Source: Candidatus Multivorans sp.
Lineage (GTDB): Bacteria; Acidobacteriota; Thermoanaerobaculia; Multivoradales; Multivoraceae
DNA length: 64,000 nucleotides
Reading direction: 5' to 3'
Assembly: GCA_965247095.1 (NCBI GenBank)
Contig: OZ251997.1
Location: 384,001 to 448,000, forward strand
The notes beneath the pieces are model-generated. The model saw only the letters and a program-made list of their open reading frames with translations. It was not told the origin of the DNA and did no database searches. Made by a program: the position numbers and the translations under genes. This document shows, one piece after another, positions 60,637 to 64,000 of this stretch (position 1 is its first letter; each line of letters starts with the position of its first letter).

Positions 60637-61020
60637 ATGGACAGCGCTGCATCCTCGACGAGTCCCGGTTTCGTCGTCCGCCGCGCCGAGGACGCTCCGG
60701 CAAACCAAGTCGAACTCGGCACCGCGACGACCACTCAGGTGCTCCTCGGCGCCGACGACGGCACGCCGCACTTTGCGATGCGGCGGTTCCGCATGGAGGA
60801 CGGCGGGGGGATGCCGCTGCACACGAACCAGGTCGAGCACGAGCAGTACGTGCTCCGGGGCCGGGCGAGGGTCGTGCTGGGGGAGGAGACGGTCGAGGTC
60901 GGCGCCGACGACGTACTGCTGATCCCGGCAGGCCTGCCGCACTCCTACGAAGTGATCGAGGCGCCGTTCGAGTTCCTCTGCCTGGTGCCGAACCGGCCGG
61001 ACCGGATCGATCTGGTCTAG
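60637..61020 (+). CDS. Cupin-domain protein
   Basis: MPLHTN.VEHEQYVLRG, IPAGLPHSY. Confidence 0.9.
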   Translation: MDSAASSTSPGFVVRRAEDAPANQVELGTATTTQVLLGADDGTPHFAMRRFRMEDGGGMPLHTNQVEHEQYVLRGRARVVLGEETVEVGADDVLLIPAGLPHSYEVIEAPFEFLCLVPNRPDRIDLV

Positions 61021-61049
61021 AGGCGCAGGTGACCGTCCGCGGCTTCGGG

Positions 61050-62435
61050 ATGCGGGCGTTCGCCGCGATTCTGCTGGCGTTCGCGGTTCCGCTTGCGGCC
61101 GCGGCCGCTGCCGACGGCGAGACCCTGTCGCCGGACCTCCGGACCCGCACGGACGGCATCGACTGGCCGGGCTTCCTCGGACCGAACCGCGACTCGAAGT
61201 CGCCCGAGACGGGAATCCGCACCGACTGGGAGGCCGATCCGCCGCCGCTGCTCTGGCACCTCGAACTCGGGGATGGCTACGCGGCGCCCTCGGTAGCCCG
61301 GGGGCGGCTGTTCTACTTCACCCGCGTCCGCGACCGGGTGCGGCTCGTCGCGGTGCGGGCCGACAACGGCGAGGAGCTCTGGCGCTCGGAGTACCGGACG
61401 GACTACGAGGACTACTACGGCTACGACGGCGGGCCGCGTACGGCGCCCCTCGCCTCTGGCCCACGGGTCTATGCGGTGGGCGCCGACGGCTTCCTCCGCT
61501 GCCACCGGGTCGTCGACGGCGCCGTGCTGTGGGAGCGTGATGTGCACGCCGAGTACGGCGTCCAGCAGAACTTCTTCGGCGTCGCCAGCTCGCCCTGGAT
61601 CGAGGACGATCTGCTGATCGTGACGGTCGGCGGAAGTCCGCCGGGTTCGCCCGGCGTTCACAGCGGTCGCTTGAAGCCCAACGGCACCGCCCTGGTCGCG
61701 TTCGACAAGCGGACGGGCGAGGAGCGCTACCGCCTCGGTAACGATCTGGCCAGCTACGCGAGCCCGGTGGTCAGGGACATCGACGGCAAGCGGCGCGGCT
61801 TCCACTTCGCTCGCTCCGGCCTGATCGTCTTCGACCCGAAGGACGGCCGGGAACTCAACGCCTTCGGTTGGCGGGCGCGCCGGCTGACCAGCGTGAACGC
61901 CGCGAACCCGCTGGTCGTCGGCGCCCGGGTGCTGCTCACGGAGTCGTACGAGAAGGGGGCGGTCCTGCTCACGTACAACGAGGGTCCGGAAGGCGACGCC
62001 AGCGGCTTGCTACCGGTGTGGCAGGACGGCCCGCGCAACCAGGCGATCGCGGCGCACTGGAACACACCGGTCCACCACGAGGGGGTGGTCTACGTCTCGA
62101 GCGGCGAGAAGTCGCCGAGCGCGGAACTGCGAGCCGTGGATCTGTTGACCGGCGACGTTCACTGGAGCCAGCCGCGCCTCGCGCGCACCCAGTTGCTCCA
62201 CGTCGACGGCCATCTCGTGGTGCAGAGCGAGGTCGGCGATCTGCTGCTCGTCCGCGCGACCGCGGAGAGCTACCAGCAGGTCGCGCACCTGCGCCTTCAG
62301 GCGGAGATCGACGATCGGACCGTCGATCTGCTGCGCTATCCGGCCTGGGCGGCGCCGGTGCTGGCTCACGGTGTGCTCTACGTGCGCGGCTCGGACCGTC
62401 TGGCCGCCCTCGAACTCATCCCGCCGCCGGAGTAG
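61050..62435 (+). CDS. PQQ-binding-like beta-propeller protein (BamB-like repeats)
   Basis: Signal peptide, DWPGFLGPNR, GYAAP, GEELW, SYASP, WAAPVLAHG. Confidence 0.88.
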   Translation: MRAFAAILLAFAVPLAAAAAADGETLSPDLRTRTDGIDWPGFLGPNRDSKSPETGIRTDWEADPPPLLWHLELGDGYAAPSVARGRLFYFTRVRDRVRLVAVRADNGEELWRSEYRTDYEDYYGYDGGPRTAPLASGPRVYAVGADGFLRCHRVVDGAVLWERDVHAEYGVQQNFFGVASSPWIEDDLLIVTVGGSPPGSPGVHSGRLKPNGTALVAFDKRTGEERYRLGNDLASYASPVVRDIDGKRRGFHFARSGLIVFDPKDGRELNAFGWRARRLTSVNAANPLVVGARVLLTESYEKGAVLLTYNEGPEGDASGLLPVWQDGPRNQAIAAHWNTPVHHEGVVYVSSGEKSPSAELRAVDLLTGDVHWSQPRLARTQLLHVDGHLVVQSEVGDLLLVRATAESYQQVAHLRLQAEIDDRTVDLLRYPAWAAPVLAHGVLYVRGSDRLAALELIPPPE

Positions 62436-62439
62436 AGCC

Positions 62440-64000
62440 ATGGCCCGCGGCTCGATCCTCGTTTCCTGTTCGGCGGCCCGACGGCTGGCGGCGGCCGCCG
62501 GGTGGCTGCGCAAACGCCGGCACGGCGAGGAGGAGACGCTGCTGCTTGCGGCCTCGCGCGGCGCCGCCGACGACCTGGTCCGGGGCATGTCGGAGACAGG
62601 CCGGGGGATGCTGGGCGTTCATCGCGCGTCGCTCGACCAGTGGGCGTTGCAGACCGCGGCGCTTGAGTTGGCCGCCCGTGGACTGCGGCCGGTCACGCCG
62701 CTCGGAACCGAGGCGATGGCGGCGCGGGTCGCCCGCCTTGCCGCGGCGCAAGGAGAACTGGAGCGTTTGGAGCCGGTTGCCGACCTTCCCGGTTTCGCCC
62801 GCTCCCTGGCGGGGACGATCGGTGAGCTGCGCGCGGCAGGCGTTTCGCCCGGCGACCTGCTGAAGGACCACGGAACGCGCGACCTGGGCCGGCTGGTTCA
62901 CCGATTCGACGAGGAGATGACCCGTTTCGGGTTGGCGGATCCGGCGACCGTGCTTCGCTCCGCCGTCGTGGCAGTGGACCGGGAGCAGGTCGCTGTTCCC
63001 AAGGGATCGCTGTGGCTCGATCTGCCGCTTCGAAGCGCTAGCCAGGTCGCACTCTTGCGGGCGCTCGCCGCGCGCAGCCGGGACGTGCTCGCGACCGTGG
63101 CCGCGGGCGACCACGAGACGCTGGAGTGGCTGGGGTCGCTGCTCGGCGACGGGGCGGTGATCGATCTCGACCGGGAGGAAGCGGTCGACGCCGGGACTGC
63201 GGGCGGTCGTCGGCTGGCTCGGGTCCAGCGCTTCGTCTTTGAGACCGGAGCGGATGCGTCTTCGCCGCTTGACGGTACGCCAGGTGCGGGCGAGACGCCC
63301 GCGTTCCATCCGCGCGCCCGCGGACGGGCGCGCGGAGTGGTTCCCGGGTGGCGCGGGACCGCGCCACCCGGGTTCCCAGGCAGTGGAGCAGACGTGCCGG
63401 CCGGCTCTTCGGTCGACCTGTTCTCGGCGGCCGGCGAGGGCCAGGAGTGCGTCGAAATCGCCCGGCGCATCCAGCGCGCCGCCGCCGGGGGGCTTGCCTT
63501 CGATCGCATGGCGATCTTGCTTCGCCAGCCGGCCGCCTACCTGCCCCTGGTGGAGGACGCGCTCGGCCGCGCCGGCATCCCCGCCTACGTCACCCGGGGC
63601 ACGTTGCGCCCCAATCCGGCCGGCCGCGCCTTCCTTGCCCTGCTGGCCTGCGCGGGGGAGAGACTCTCGGCAAGCCGCTTCGCCGAGTACCTGTCCCTCG
63701 GTCAGACCCCCGAACCGGCGAAGGGCGGCAGACCGCCAAAGCGCGAGGTGCCCTGGGTCGAGCCGGCGGGCGATCAACTCGTCATCAAGTCGCCGGAGCT
63801 CTCTCGAGCGCGGGCGTCTCGCCCGCATTCTGCGACCGACGGCGCCGCGGCCACCGACGCTCGCGAAACCCAGGAAGAGGCAGCGCCCGCCGGCGCGCTG
63901 CGCGTCCCCTCCCAGTGGGAGCGCTTGCTGGTCGACGCCGCCGTGGTCGGCGGCGCCGAACGCTGGCAGAAGCGGCTCGCGGGCCTTGGCGCGGAGTTCC
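62440..64000 (+). CDS. AddB/RexB-like helicase-nuclease subunit, partial (runs off the right edge)
   Basis: Open frame from ATG 62440: FSAAGEGQECVEIARRI, MAILLR, DALGRAGIP, GRAFLALL, SRFAEYLSLGQ. Confidence 0.78.
   Translation, partial: MARGSILVSCSAARRLAAAAGWLRKRRHGEEETLLLAASRGAADDLVRGMSETGRGMLGVHRASLDQWALQTAALELAARGLRPVTPLGTEAMAARVARLAAAQGELERLEPVADLPGFARSLAGTIGELRAAGVSPGDLLKDHGTRDLGRLVHRFDEEMTRFGLADPATVLRSAVVAVDREQVAVPKGSLWLDLPLRSASQVALLRALAARSRDVLATVAAGDHETLEWLGSLLGDGAVIDLDREEAVDAGTAGGRRLARVQRFVFETGADASSPLDGTPGAGETPAFHPRARGRARGVVPGWRGTAPPGFPGSGADVPAGSSVDLFSAAGEGQECVEIARRIQRAAAGGLAFDRMAILLRQPAAYLPLVEDALGRAGIPAYVTRGTLRPNPAGRAFLALLACAGERLSASRFAEYLSLGQTPEPAKGGRPPKREVPWVEPAGDQLVIKSPELSRARASRPHSATDGAAATDARETQEEAAPAGALRVPSQWERLLVDAAVVGGAERWQKRLAGLGAEF
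63284..63380 (+). repeat. Composite palindromic REP-like element inside the AddB-like gene
   Basis: tgcgggcgagacgcccgcgttc, then the 69-bp unit, then ggttcccagg; matches the reverse complement of 18201..18298. Confidence 0.88.
63806..63827 (+). repeat. Solo short REP-like hairpin inside the AddB-like gene
   Basis: gagcgcgggcgtctcgcccgca, an inverted copy of 63285..63306. Confidence 0.7.

Noticed and set aside
1-64000. tRNA, rRNA, integrase or transposase genes
   Set aside because: None recognised by eye.

Overview
High-GC bacterial window. A Cys-containing 'VKVLDGC' secreted domain and a GWxTD/VWA-type protein point to Acidobacteriota (Thermoanaerobaculia-like); this is an inference. Most of the window is metabolic or envelope genes: MFS, carboxylesterase, two luciferase-like monooxygenases, a FadB-like enzyme, sulfatase, TrkAH, cis-prenyltransferase, M42 peptidase, a CbbQ/CbbO-like pair, R2lox, a racemase and an AddB-like gene. 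The standout is a ~17.6 kb minus-strand export locus (55806 to 38199). It encodes an ABC ATPase, an ABC-permease/aminopeptidase-like/CBM-like fusion, an MFP, an RND permease and a 1605-aa RND-ABC ATPase fusion. These are followed by a tandem array of diverged ABC-2 permeases interleaved with two homologous ~100-aa peptides. Each peptide has a Sec-type signal, a double-glycine-like leader and a two-Cys hydrophobic core ending in 'CV'. The second highlight is a palindromic REP-like family that lies between genes and is also inserted in frame in two proteins. Three VapBC-type modules and several gene remnants are present. All calls come from motif recognition by eye; no database searches were run.
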